DNA from: Methanocellales archaeon
GTDB lineage: Archaea > Halobacteriota > UBA148 > JAUWXC01
DNA length: 64,000 bases
Direction: 5' to 3'
NCBI GenBank assembly: GCA_030610945.1
Contig: JAUWQV010000001.1
Coordinates: forward strand, 124,246-188,245
Part shown: positions 1 to 9,766 of the stretch, one piece after another
How positions within the stretch are numbered: position 1 is the stretch's first letter
Layout of the letters: each line of letters begins with the position of its first letter
Made by a program: the position numbers and the translations under genes
The notes under the pieces: generated by a model
Seen by the model: only the letters and a program-made list of their open reading frames with translations
What the model was told of the DNA's origin: nothing
The model's database searches: none

Positions 1-295
1 AGGCAACGTATGTAAGATAGTATGTTCCATCAAGAAGGACAATTCTGGGATCCTCGAGACATTTTTCATACTCAAATTCCGAGAATAGTATGGGTTTCTC
101 TGCCCTTCTCACAACTTTCAAAGGACCATCCAGTTTAGAATAACCTATCGTTGAGCGGTTGTGTTTGTCCCATGCACGATAGAACATATGAACATACTGC
201 CCTTCTCTAATACAAGCCGGATTAAAAACTCCCTTATTTTCAAATTCCAGTTCGGTGGGCTCTAAAATAATGCCTTCTCTGTTTATTGTAATCAC
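1..295 (-). CDS. Glycosidase-related protein, GH130/DUF377 (PH1107-related) family; N-terminal part, continues past window start
   Basis: Not in ORF track because it runs off the window. My translation from GTG 295-293: VITINREGIILEPTELEFENKGVFNPACIREGQYVHMFYRAWDKHNRSTIGYSKLDG...EYEKCLEDPRIVLLDGTYYLTYVA. The GVFNPA, YRA, IGY and EDPR motifs fit the family. A GGTGA Shine-Dalgarno-like site lies about 8 nt upstream. Confidence 0.6.
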   Translation of the reverse strand, partial: MITINREGIILEPTELEFENKGVFNPACIREGQYVHMFYRAWDKHNRSTIGYSKLDGPLKVVRRAEKPILFSEFEYEKCLEDPRIVLLDGTYYLTYVA

Positions 296-413
296 GGTAA
301 ATCACCTTTATTAACACTTATAAACCTATATTATATTGATGTAATATGCCCATACAAATCGTTAGTGGTCTACTCGCAAAAGGTTCAAAATATTTGTCTT
401 GTTTAGGATAACA

Positions 414-1061
414 ATGAAAAGAATTGTAATTACAGGCGCGAACGGTACAATAGGAACTGTGCTCAGGAAAGGATTAAGTGAATATGAAATAACCCCGATA
501 GATTTACCAGAAGTAGATGTACGGGATTATGGAAGACACCTAAAAATTTTTCCTAGACACGATATTATAATTCATTTGGCCTGGCAGACCAATAGGTCGG
601 ACAATGTAGTGATGTTTTCTAATGTCTATAGAGCTGCAATCGAAGCGAATGTTCCAAGAGTTATAATGGCAAGCTCTGTTCATGCTGATAATTTTTATGA
701 TTGGAAAGGTCTAGGACTGTTAACACCTGACAGAACAGCTGTGCCAAATAGCCCCTATGGTGCAAGTAAAGTCGACATGGAAGCTTTAGGGAAATATTAT
801 AGTCAACATGGTTTGGAAGTTGTTTGTATCAGATTTGGGGGTGTGAATCCAGAAGATACGGTTGATGTTGAGGAGGAGGGATTCAAGAAAGTGTGGTTAA
901 GCCACAGAGATTGTGTGGGATTAGTTAAAACTTGTATAGACGCAGAAAGCATACCTAATGGCTTTATCATCATTTATGGGGTGTCTAACAATACGTACAG
1001 GGTTCACGATTATTCAAACCCATTAGGTTGGGCACCAAAAGATAATGCTGAATTATTTTGA
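414..1061 (+). CDS. NAD(P)-binding epimerase/dehydratase family protein (short form)
   Basis: MKRIVITGANGTIGTVL is a Rossmann GxxGxxG motif; PYGASK is a catalytic YxxxK motif. ATG at 414 is more plausible than the track start at 399. Confidence 0.6.
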   Translation: MKRIVITGANGTIGTVLRKGLSEYEITPIDLPEVDVRDYGRHLKIFPRHDIIIHLAWQTNRSDNVVMFSNVYRAAIEANVPRVIMASSVHADNFYDWKGLGLLTPDRTAVPNSPYGASKVDMEALGKYYSQHGLEVVCIRFGGVNPEDTVDVEEEGFKKVWLSHRDCVGLVKTCIDAESIPNGFIIIYGVSNNTYRVHDYSNPLGWAPKDNAELF

Positions 1062-1062
1062 A

Positions 1063-3891
1063 TCACTCGATATAAATCGCCGGCCTGCCTGGAATCGCAA
1101 GTCTCCTCTTGTTCTGCGGGTCGTAATCAGCGTTGACCTCTACTTTGACTCCGACTTCGCGCGCGATAAAGTCCCTAGCCTCTGCAAGTATGTCGCCCTC
1201 GTTTATTCTCATAGACTCCATCCGCTCTGAAGATATCTTCTGAACGAGCGCTGAAACTTCCTTGCCCCGTTTCCTCAACTCCGGGTCCTTCATAACGTCC
1301 TGCATTGCATCCCTGGCCTCCCTGCCGGCTGCGATATCAAGGACCTTCCATTTCCAGTCCTCTGCGGTGTAGATATATGCAGTCCTCGTGCCCTTTATTC
1401 TGGCGACTTCCATGATTTCTTTGATATCAGAAATCACGCGCTTGATGTATTCTTCAGCACTTTCAATGTCCTCGTCGATTGCAGATTCATCGTGTTGAGG
1501 CCACTCTGCTACAGAAATGAAGCCTTCTTCTTTACCCAGTTTTTCCCATATTTCCTCGCATATATGCGGCACGAACGGTGTTAAAAGCTTGGTCTGCGCC
1601 TCGATGAGCCAATTTATCAATTCTTTGTTGAAACCAGAAGTCCTTTTAGCATACCATTTCAGGTGGGTCTGCAGGTCGAAATATCCCTTATGGATGGCGG
1701 TCCTGAACTCCGTATCCTCCATCGCTTCCGTAGTTGCCTTGATCGTTCTGTTCACAACCGATTTGAACCATCTATCGATATATTTGGTGTCACTTCTGCC
1801 TTTCCCATAGTTTTCAGTGGCAAATTCGTACCACTGCGCCAGCTTGGAGCCTATGGACCTGGCAAACTCAGTATCCCAGTTGGGGTCATCAAGACCTTCT
1901 CCCCCGTACATCAGCGTCAGTCTTGTAGCGTCTGCACCATATTTCTCATGAATCTGCCGCAGGGTATAGAAATTGCCCTTGGACTTGCTCATTTTGACAC
2001 CGTCAACTTGAATGAAGCCATTGACGCCAATTCCACGCGGCCAGTATTTCTCTGGGAATATGGCAACATGGTTGAAGAGGCAGAAAGTAAGGTGATTTTG
2101 CACAAGGTCCTTGCCCGAATTTCTGAAGTCGAATGGATACCAGTACGTAAATTCGGACCTCATTTTCTCAAGTAGGGCTAACGAAACGCGGCTTTCCTTG
2201 GCAACGGTTTCTGCATCTCCCTTGCCAAGGAGTATGTAGTCAAAGACTGCATCACCCAGATTTTTGGCGTTAATGCCATGCTTTTTGTCTTCCAGACAAT
2301 GTGCGATGGTATAATACGCCATGTAAATCGTGGAATCAGAGAGGGATTCTATTACCCATTTTTCATCCCATGGAAGGGGGGTCCCAAGGCCAAACTCCCT
2401 GGTGCATGCCCACTCTCTCAACCAGTCAATGACATATTCGAACTGGCTTCTAACCTTGTCCGGATACAGCGTTACATTGCGCAGAGCTTCGTGCACTTTT
2501 GCCTTCCAATCCGGGTTAGAGTAGTTCAAAAACCATTGGTCAGACACGACCTTAACAATACATCTGGCCAAGCAGCGACAGACAACGTCGGCGGATAAAT
2601 CATAGAATGTTGTAGCTTTGTTCTCTTTGACTAAATCCCTGGCAAGAGTCTCCTTGACCCTTGAGACAGTTAGACCTGCGTATTTCCCTGTATTTTCTTT
2701 CAGTACGCCGGTATGGAATTCCTTTTTGTAAGTCTCCTTTGTCGCCTCCTCCAACTTTGGATCTGTCTGGCTCGATATCCCCATTTTTTCAACAACCTCA
2801 ATGGCAGGATGTTCACCAAAGCCATGCATCTTAATCAGGGAGATTGGTGTTATGTCTTTGACCAAGTCAGGAGATATCCCATACTTCTGCGGGTCCTTCT
2901 GAACAGCTCTCAAAGCAACGTAGTCATAGGGTGCATGTGAAGGTACTGACATTACCACCCCAGTTCCTGTCTCTGGTTCGACGAACGGCGCAGGGAGAAT
3001 CGGCACTTTTGTTCCGCTAACCTTGTTCGTGCAATACTTGCCCACGAGTTCGTTTTTCTTCAAGTGGCGCAACACCTGCACACTGTGTTTCTGCGCCTCC
3101 AGTTTCTCGACGGTTTCCTTGGATACAATCCAGCGCTCATCGTCGACGTTTATCTCCACATAATCTGCGTCAGGCCTAATCCACAGGTTTGTAACGCCGA
3201 AGGAAGTTTCAGGCCTGTAGGTTGCGGTTGGCAATACCACGCCATCTAACTCGAACTTTATTAAAAATACTTCCTCTGGCGTTACGCCTTCTCCTTCTAA
3301 TCTTGCATGGTCTCCCACTGGCGAGTTGCACCTGGGGCACCAGACTACAGGGTGCTCGCCCTTTGTGATGTATCCGCTATCTTTTAACTTGCGGAACTGC
3401 CATTTGATGAACGCATTGTAGTACGGATTTAGGGATGTAGTGATGAACTTTCTGCGCCAGTCCACGCCGACGCCCATGTCTTTTAGGTCCAACATCGTCT
3501 CCCTTGGAAAAAACGAAACCCAGTGTAGGGGGTCTGCGAATTTTGGAACCTCTTCCTGCGGAATGCCCATATCCAGTAGTATCTTTATCTGGCTGGGCTC
3601 ATGCTTCGCTATTCGTTGCGCTGCGGCAATAATCGGCGTGCCAGTACAGTGGAACCCAAAAGGGAATAGCACATTATAACCCATCATCCGCTTGTATCGT
3701 GCAAATACCTCCACCCTCATCAGGGAAAACCCGTGCCCCAGGTGGAGAAAACCATTCATGTAGGGATAGGGGAAATTTACGAAAAATTTCTCTTTGGCCT
3801 CATCCACACCTGACTCGAAAATCCGTGCCTCTTCCCATTTATTCTGCCACTTCCTCTCGATCAGTCGCCTGTCAATTCGGTCTGAATTCAA
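1063..3891 (-). CDS. leuS: Leucyl-tRNA synthetase (archaeal type)
   Basis: 942 aa. Class I HIGH-type motif (HLGHGFS) and KMSKS motif (KMSKSKGN). Archaeal LeuRS length and architecture. Confidence 0.95.
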   Translation of the reverse strand: MNSDRIDRRLIERKWQNKWEEARIFESGVDEAKEKFFVNFPYPYMNGFLHLGHGFSLMRVEVFARYKRMMGYNVLFPFGFHCTGTPIIAAAQRIAKHEPSQIKILLDMGIPQEEVPKFADPLHWVSFFPRETMLDLKDMGVGVDWRRKFITTSLNPYYNAFIKWQFRKLKDSGYITKGEHPVVWCPRCNSPVGDHARLEGEGVTPEEVFLIKFELDGVVLPTATYRPETSFGVTNLWIRPDADYVEINVDDERWIVSKETVEKLEAQKHSVQVLRHLKKNELVGKYCTNKVSGTKVPILPAPFVEPETGTGVVMSVPSHAPYDYVALRAVQKDPQKYGISPDLVKDITPISLIKMHGFGEHPAIEVVEKMGISSQTDPKLEEATKETYKKEFHTGVLKENTGKYAGLTVSRVKETLARDLVKENKATTFYDLSADVVCRCLARCIVKVVSDQWFLNYSNPDWKAKVHEALRNVTLYPDKVRSQFEYVIDWLREWACTREFGLGTPLPWDEKWVIESLSDSTIYMAYYTIAHCLEDKKHGINAKNLGDAVFDYILLGKGDAETVAKESRVSLALLEKMRSEFTYWYPFDFRNSGKDLVQNHLTFCLFNHVAIFPEKYWPRGIGVNGFIQVDGVKMSKSKGNFYTLRQIHEKYGADATRLTLMYGGEGLDDPNWDTEFARSIGSKLAQWYEFATENYGKGRSDTKYIDRWFKSVVNRTIKATTEAMEDTEFRTAIHKGYFDLQTHLKWYAKRTSGFNKELINWLIEAQTKLLTPFVPHICEEIWEKLGKEEGFISVAEWPQHDESAIDEDIESAEEYIKRVISDIKEIMEVARIKGTRTAYIYTAEDWKWKVLDIAAGREARDAMQDVMKDPELRKRGKEVSALVQKISSERMESMRINEGDILAEARDFIAREVGVKVEVNADYDPQNKRRLAIPGRPAIYIE

Positions 3892-3930
3892 GGAGTTACC
3901 TCCATTTTTAGAGCCAATAAAATAGAAGAG

Positions 3931-4539
3931 TTACTCCACCCTGCCAATCTTAATCAGCGAAAGTAGTGGAACCCCCACTATAGAATCCAAGCCCTTCTTG
4001 TCAATCACAACAGCAATGGCAAGTGGCTCTGCACCAAGCTCCCCTAGCAACTCCACCGCTTCGTGGGCAGTAGATCCCGTTGTGACCACGTCATCGACAA
4101 TGATACATTTTTTGCCCTCAATAGAAGCGAAATTATGGCTAATGGTACCCTTTACGTTTTGCTTCTCCGGCTCCCACCGCTGTTTTTTGGGATGAAGGAC
4201 TGACAGATCAGCACCCAATTCTTCCGCAACCAGCGTTGCAAATGGGATGCCACTTAAAACAATGCCCACTACGACCTCTATGTTTGCCTCAGGCAGTGAT
4301 TCCAGAGCCATATCAGCAAGTGCAGACGAGATGAGACTCATCCTCTGCGAACTCCTGCCTATTTGATTCCAGTTGACAAATATGTCCTTTGGCGCCGGGG
4401 CTTTCTTCTTTTCAGCCCTTGACAGCAGCCAAGTAGCAGTTTCGCGCGATACGTTAAGTTCGTCAGCGATTTCACCTGAACGGAGTCCTTTTTTCTTCAG
4501 TTCCATCGCTTTCCCGATAAGGTCATCAATACCTCTCAT
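3931..4539 (-). CDS. gfcR: Orotate phosphoribosyltransferase-like protein / GfcR-type regulator (HTH + PRT domain)
   Basis: N-terminal HTH (GLRSGEIADELNVSRETATWLL) followed by a PRTase PRPP loop (CIIVDDVVTTGST). Confidence 0.7.
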   Translation of the reverse strand: MRGIDDLIGKAMELKKKGLRSGEIADELNVSRETATWLLSRAEKKKAPAPKDIFVNWNQIGRSSQRMSLISSALADMALESLPEANIEVVVGIVLSGIPFATLVAEELGADLSVLHPKKQRWEPEKQNVKGTISHNFASIEGKKCIIVDDVVTTGSTAHEAVELLGELGAEPLAIAVVIDKKGLDSIVGVPLLSLIKIGRVE

Positions 4540-4540
4540 T

Positions 4541-5044
4541 CTACTCCTTCCTCCTGGTTCTTTTTAATTTAGACCCGCAAACCGGGCACACATCGCCCTG
4601 GGCGAAATACCTGCCACATCCAATACACCGTTTCTTCCATATTAAAACATCCCTGATTTTATGCTGCATGATTGGCTTAATCTGGATCCCAAGCCGAGAT
4701 GCCACATTTTGGATTGCATAGTCATCCGTGATGATACATGCGCCTTTACCGATATATTGGAGTGCTTTTGCTAATAAATGTATGTCGGTTTCAGACAGTA
4801 CGCCCACGTCCCCGGTTCTTCTAGCAGTCTTCACAACCTCGTCGATGTAACGCTGTTCTGCCGGCTCCACTTTCAGGCCAGTGCTTCTTGCCTGCTCAAA
4901 GAGTGTAATGGACCTTACGTCCTTCAACTCTCTCATCACACCAGGCACCGTGAGTGCCTCTGCGCTTCCTATTCGGTACCCGCACACAAAGACCGAGGAA
5001 TCCACTATAAGTAGGGCCATCATTTGTTTGATGTGCACGAACAA
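4541..5044 (-). CDS. nob1: Endoribonuclease Nob1 homolog (PIN domain + C-terminal zinc ribbon)
   Basis: PIN N-terminus (LIVDSSVF), acidic ITDDYAIQN, and a C-terminal CIGCG...CPVCG zinc ribbon. The true start is probably the MMALLIVD methionine near 5023. Confidence 0.7.
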   Translation of the reverse strand: MFVHIKQMMALLIVDSSVFVCGYRIGSAEALTVPGVMRELKDVRSITLFEQARSTGLKVEPAEQRYIDEVVKTARRTGDVGVLSETDIHLLAKALQYIGKGACIITDDYAIQNVASRLGIQIKPIMQHKIRDVLIWKKRCIGCGRYFAQGDVCPVCGSKLKRTRRKE

Positions 5045-5189
5045 ACCATAAATCTAATCCTATGCCCAAAACTCTTCATAGAGGGGTCAAAAAAGCGAAA
5101 ACTATATAGAGCGCCCCTTAAATCAATAGTGCCGTTATTCGATGATTTACTAAGGAGGTGGGAATACGACTGAATTACCAATTGCACCA

Positions 5190-5372
5190 GTGGATAGGAT
5201 TGCAAGAAAGGCTGGCGCGGACAGAGTAAGTGACGATGCAAAGGTGGCGTTAGCTAACATATTGGAAGATTATGGGCTCAAAGTATCAGCAGAGGCTGTG
5301 CGTCTGGCAAAACACGCTGGCAGAAAGACGTTGAAGGCAGAGGACATTAAATTAGCAGTACAAAGGCTTTAA
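5190..5372 (+). CDS. Archaeal histone (HMf family)
   Basis: [28 protein letters not shown]...[18 protein letters not shown] is a classical histone fold. The conserved ELPIAPV N-terminus is encoded in-frame upstream of the track start (see finding on 5151-5192), so the real start is probably near 5166. Confidence 0.9.
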   Translation: MDRIARKAGADRVSDDAKVALANILEDYGLKVSAEAVRLAKHAGRKTLKAEDIKLAVQRL

Positions 5373-5860
5373 AGCCATGTAATGACGCCGATGCTCGTCA
5401 TTGTTACGATGATACCGGCGATTAGCACGCCGCTGAGAATGGCTGGAAACGCGTATCTGGCCTTAATTCCAAACACAAGAGCGGCGGCGCAACCCGTCCA
5501 TGCACCCGTGACCGGCAGAGGAATGGCAACGAATAGCGCCAGGGCCAATGCGCCGTATTTTTGAACCGAATTGTTGTACCTCCTGTGTGTCCGGGCAAAC
5601 AGCCAGTCGAAGAAATGGTCAAAGGTTCTGGCTCGCCTTAGTTTTGCAGATACAGAATCCAGGAAAAGCAATAGAGGTATGATGGGGAGCATGTTCCCGA
5701 CGACCGACAGGAAGTACGCTGTGGCAGGGTCGATGCCGTATACTCCTATGGCAATGGGTATTGCAGCCCTGAGCTCAGCTATAGGGGCCATTGCGATCAA
5801 GACAACAATGACGCTTGAAGGGAGTGCCTGAAACCATTCTACGATATAAGATATGCACAT
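5369..5860 (-). CDS. Small multidrug-export-like membrane protein (COG2426 family)
   Basis: 163 aa with 4-5 hydrophobic helices. The pattern ([24 protein letters not shown]) matches my recollection of the Sm_multidrug_ex family. Confidence 0.5.
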   Translation of the reverse strand: MCISYIVEWFQALPSSVIVVLIAMAPIAELRAAIPIAIGVYGIDPATAYFLSVVGNMLPIIPLLLFLDSVSAKLRRARTFDHFFDWLFARTHRRYNNSVQKYGALALALFVAIPLPVTGAWTGCAAALVFGIKARYAFPAILSGVLIAGIIVTMTSIGVITWL

Positions 5861-5920
5861 TTACGTCCTCGTGTGAATAAATGTATATAGTATCTATAGA
5901 TATCGTTACCCTATGAGAGG

Positions 5921-6820
5921 GTGAGCGTGATGGAGGACAGGATAAAACTCGGAGAGAGGGGCGCCAAGGTCGGGGTCTTTGGCAACATAATACTGTCCAC
6001 TTTCAAGCTAATTGTTGGAATAGTATCCAACAGCACTGCAGTCATGGCTGATTCCATGCATTCACTCTCTGACGTCGCTACTTCGCTCATGGTCTGGGTT
6101 GGAATCAGGATGTCAGATAAACCACCGGACGAAGAGCATCCCTACGGGCATGGCGATGTTGAGCCAATTGTGGGGCTGCTAATCTCCATCGCCCTTGTAT
6201 TGGTTGGATTTGAGTTTGCCAGACATGCGATAAACGAGATTTTTACGGGAGTTGTGGCGCCCACACCGCTGGCGGCATATGCAACCGTGTTCGTAATTAT
6301 ATATAAAGAGGGCATGGCAAGGTATGTTCTAAGCGTTGCTGATAAGATTAAAAGTCCGGCCTTGAAGGCGGATGCCCAGCATCACAGAAGCGATGTATAT
6401 TCATCCATAGCTGTTTTGATTGGAGTGAGTGGGTCGATATTGTTCTATCCGATTCTGGACCCACTCGCGGGGATTGTCGTATCGCTAATCGTCATAAAAA
6501 TGGGTTTTGATGTAGGCAGAGAGAACATACAACAGCTGATGGGAACGGTGCCCTCGCCAGAGGTAAAGGAGAGAATTGAGCGCCTGGCTCTGAGCGTCAA
6601 AGGGGTTAAAATGGCCCACAATATCCGCATCCATTATTTTGGAGCATATGCAACAGTCGACCTCCATGTATGCGTAGATGAGTCATTGCTGTTGAGTGAA
6701 GCCCACAAGATAGCACACCAGGTACAGAGGAAAATAGTTGAAATCCCAGAGATATCATCTGCCTTGGTTCATGTGGAGCCGTTTGATGTACACCATAAAG
6801 AAGAACATGCTGAGAAATGA
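5921..6820 (+). CDS. Cation diffusion facilitator (CDF) family metal efflux transporter
   Basis: 299 aa with six TM helices. Contains SxxSDxxxS and HHRSD metal-site motifs and a C-terminal cytoplasmic domain. GTG start. Confidence 0.85.
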   Translation: MSVMEDRIKLGERGAKVGVFGNIILSTFKLIVGIVSNSTAVMADSMHSLSDVATSLMVWVGIRMSDKPPDEEHPYGHGDVEPIVGLLISIALVLVGFEFARHAINEIFTGVVAPTPLAAYATVFVIIYKEGMARYVLSVADKIKSPALKADAQHHRSDVYSSIAVLIGVSGSILFYPILDPLAGIVVSLIVIKMGFDVGRENIQQLMGTVPSPEVKERIERLALSVKGVKMAHNIRIHYFGAYATVDLHVCVDESLLLSEAHKIAHQVQRKIVEIPEISSALVHVEPFDVHHKEEHAEK

Positions 6821-6831
6821 TGCCGTGTCGC

Positions 6832-8034
6832 TCACCTATCGCTAATCTTGGCTTCGTGTAATGACCTTGTGATGAGCGTAGGCACATCCAGCATGGCTTC
6901 CACTCTGGCCACATCCTCAACTTTCGCAGACGTTGCCGGGCGCCTGGGAACCGCCTTGCACTCTCCTCTAGAGGATGTCGAGATATCAAATGTTCCAATT
7001 TTTTTCGCAAGTGTTACAATCTCGGATTTATCATACCCTATCAACGGGGCGTATATTGGAAAATCGATGCCAACGGATTCAGCGAGCAAATTCGCAGACG
7101 TCTGGGATGCGACCTGCCCCAGGGATGAGCCGGTTACGATCCCATACGCCTTTTCCTTCTTTGCAATCTCAACGGCAATCAAGTACATCATTCGCTTGCA
7201 CAGCACGCATGTTAGTTTTGGGGGGCAGTGTTCTTTGATGGACTGCAAGATATGCCCATGTGGTATCTCGTAAACAGTCATGAGATGGTTTGGCGCCCAT
7301 CTCTGCAAGATGTTAATGCATTTCGTCGCTTTAATTCTCATCGCATCATCCGAGAATGGAGTGATGTCATAAAACACAGGGATTATTTCACAGCCTCGCC
7401 TCATCATCAGCCACGCCGCCACAGGCGAGTCGATGCCTCCTGATATCAATGCGACCATCTTGCCCTGCGTACCAAGCGGCAGGCCACCAACGCCTTTGAC
7501 GATGTTATGATACACGTATGCCCTATCCTGCCTGACCTCGACGAATATCTCATGATCTGGCGAGGTTAGATTCACGCTGACGTTGCACTCCGTCAAGCGC
7601 TCTTCAACGGCAGCACCGCACACCCTTCCGATGTCCTCGCTGGAAAAATGATGAATGCCCGCCTTGTGGGGGCGTATGGCAAAGGATTCACCCTTGCCGA
7701 TGAGCACCTCCCCAACGTCTGCCGTTAGTTGTGCTATCGCATTAAGTTCTGGCTCTGTAGAAATCACAGGACTGGTTGAGACCACGCCAAACACGTTCGC
7801 TACGACATCTGCAATGTGCTCGTCAGAGGAGTGGATGAAGATTCTGCCCCAGTCCCTCCTGACGTTGGAGTATTCATTCTCGTGAAGTTGAAGCATTGCC
7901 TTAATATTGTCAACTAATGCCCTTTCGTAGCGACTGCGCACCCTATCGCTTTTCAGCCCGATTTCGCCATACCTGACCAGGATTGCATCGTAGTTGAGCA
8001 TTGTATCCACACCACTCCTATCCTTCCTGAGCAT
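6832..8034 (-). CDS. thiI: tRNA 4-thiouridine synthase ThiI (THUMP + PP-loop ATPase)
   Basis: PP-loop SGGIDSPVA; N-terminal ferredoxin-like/THUMP region; 400 aa. Confidence 0.85.
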   Translation of the reverse strand: MLRKDRSGVDTMLNYDAILVRYGEIGLKSDRVRSRYERALVDNIKAMLQLHENEYSNVRRDWGRIFIHSSDEHIADVVANVFGVVSTSPVISTEPELNAIAQLTADVGEVLIGKGESFAIRPHKAGIHHFSSEDIGRVCGAAVEERLTECNVSVNLTSPDHEIFVEVRQDRAYVYHNIVKGVGGLPLGTQGKMVALISGGIDSPVAAWLMMRRGCEIIPVFYDITPFSDDAMRIKATKCINILQRWAPNHLMTVYEIPHGHILQSIKEHCPPKLTCVLCKRMMYLIAVEIAKKEKAYGIVTGSSLGQVASQTSANLLAESVGIDFPIYAPLIGYDKSEIVTLAKKIGTFDISTSSRGECKAVPRRPATSAKVEDVARVEAMLDVPTLITRSLHEAKISDR

Positions 8035-8111
8035 AGTTTAATCTTGTGGAAACCGGCAAGGATTATCGAAAGGTAAAAAAGACATGACATGCATCTGTGC
8101 TGTAGGTTAAC

Positions 8112-8867
8112 ATGTTAGATGAAGTAATGATTACCAGGGCAATCGTCGAAGATTTTATGAAAACGTTTGTGGAGTACACAGACGTAGATGTTGCCATAGT
8201 CGGCGCAGGACCGTCCGGCATGGTAGCTGCCAAATACCTTGCCGAGGGGGGTGCAAAGGTAGTCGTTTTCGAGCGGAAACTCAGCGTTGGTGGTGGAATG
8301 TGGGGCGGGGGCATGATGTTCCCCCGTATTGTGATACAAGACGAGGCAAAACACATCTTGGATGATTTTGAGATTAATTACTGGAAGCACAAAGACGGAT
8401 ATTTTCTTGCAAATTCCATAGAGGTGGTCGGAAAACTCGTAAGCAAGACCATTGCTGCCGGCGCTGAAATATTCAACCTGATGAGTGTGGAAGACGTTGT
8501 GATCAGGGATGATAGGATAACGGGCGTGGTCATAAACTGGAGCGCTGTCGAGCTGGCTAAGTTGCACGTGGACCCCCTGAGCATTAGGTCCAAAGTGGTT
8601 ATCGATGGAACCGGGCACGATGCAGACGTATGCAGGACTGTTGAACGGAAAATCCCTGGCGCGCTGAAGGTTGTTGGCGAAAAGCCCATGTGGGCAGAGG
8701 TAGGGGAGAGGTTTCTCCTAGATGCGACGAAGGAAGTGTATCCAGGACTGATTGTAACAGGAATGGCAGCGAATGCCGTCACAGGAGGTCCGAGAATGGG
8801 GCCCATATTTGGTGGCATGATGCTTTCAGGTGAAAAGGCCGCAAAACTGGCGCTATCTAAGTTATAG
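8112..8867 (+). CDS. thi4: Thiazole synthase Thi4 (archaeal thiamine thiazole biosynthesis)
   Basis: FAD/NAD dinucleotide motif DVAIVGAGPSGMVAAKYLA, plus the TGHDADV and GMxxxxxxGxPRMGPxFGGM motifs typical of Thi4. Confidence 0.85.
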   Translation: MLDEVMITRAIVEDFMKTFVEYTDVDVAIVGAGPSGMVAAKYLAEGGAKVVVFERKLSVGGGMWGGGMMFPRIVIQDEAKHILDDFEINYWKHKDGYFLANSIEVVGKLVSKTIAAGAEIFNLMSVEDVVIRDDRITGVVINWSAVELAKLHVDPLSIRSKVVIDGTGHDADVCRTVERKIPGALKVVGEKPMWAEVGERFLLDATKEVYPGLIVTGMAANAVTGGPRMGPIFGGMMLSGEKAAKLALSKL

Positions 8868-8921
8868 GGTACCAAAAACCTTTAAATACGACGTCGATAA
8901 GTTAATCTGTGGGGTGGGGGA

Positions 8922-9239
8922 GTGAATTATCTCGACGCATTGGACTTATACTATGTTGGAGTTGCAATTATCGTCCTGTTTTTCACGTTATATAGTTCTG
9001 TGAACTTTCGGAGGACTGGCAAGAAGATACTAAAGGCGAGGATTTTCTTAAATGATGACATCCTGAGCAAAACGTGGGCATATGGCGCAGTCATAGGGGT
9101 ATCATTCGCCGTTCATGAAATCCTCAGTTCGTCTATGATTGCCTGCCATCCTCCGTACCTCTGCGAGATAATGAAACTCGTCTTCTTGACTGCGCTTCTA
9201 GGGCTGATATACGAGTGGTACGACTTCGGAAGGATTTAG
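8922..9239 (+). CDS. Hypothetical small membrane protein
   Basis: 105 aa with three hydrophobic segments. No recognisable family. Confidence 0.3.
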   Translation: MNYLDALDLYYVGVAIIVLFFTLYSSVNFRRTGKKILKARIFLNDDILSKTWAYGAVIGVSFAVHEILSSSMIACHPPYLCEIMKLVFLTALLGLIYEWYDFGRI

Positions 9240-9718
9240 AGCTTATATCCGATTTTTCGCAGGAATGCCTTTCGCTCTTCTACGTCTTTTTGTCTTTCAA
9301 TGCCCTTTGCACTGGCGCCATCGACAACGCCGATAATTGCCTTTCCCATTTCGGTTTTTGCCACCAGCACTTCAACCGGATTGGAAGTGGCGCAGTAGAT
9401 GCCGCAGACCTCTGGTGTGCTTTTTATGGCATTCAGCACGTTGATGGGATACGCTTCCTTCAAGAATACCAGAAAGCTGTGTCCTGCACATATCCTTAAG
9501 GCGTTTTCTGCTGCAGCCTTCTTCAGCTCTGGGTCATTGCCCTCACACCTTACCAGACAGGGGCCAGATGCCTCGCAGAAGGCGATGCCGAACTTCGCGC
9601 CCGGAACTGTATTCACAATCGCCTCATACAGGTCTTCCACGGTCTTGATGAAGTGCGACTGGCCCAGAATTAGATTGGCGCCAGATGGCATATCTATTTT
9701 AACGGTTTGAATCTCCAT
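9236..9718 (-). CDS. Adenosine-specific kinase family protein (PF04008-like)
   Basis: [37 protein letters not shown] and FLRKIGYK match my recollection of this conserved archaeal family. Confidence 0.65.
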   Translation of the reverse strand: MEIQTVKIDMPSGANLILGQSHFIKTVEDLYEAIVNTVPGAKFGIAFCEASGPCLVRCEGNDPELKKAAAENALRICAGHSFLVFLKEAYPINVLNAIKSTPEVCGIYCATSNPVEVLVAKTEMGKAIIGVVDGASAKGIERQKDVEERKAFLRKIGYKL

Positions 9719-9766
9719 GCCGATACCTCAATAAACATATTTATCAACGCCCGGCCTTTTAATCAT

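Noticed and set aside
8035-8111. Possible TPP riboswitch upstream of thi4
   Set aside because: The leader is only about 75 nt and lacks the conserved CUGAGA and pyrophosphate-helix motifs.
8115-8875. Two minus-strand ORFs of 165-167 aa overlapping thi4
   Set aside because: They are antisense shadows of a gene with unambiguous Thi4 motifs and have no recognisable motifs of their own.
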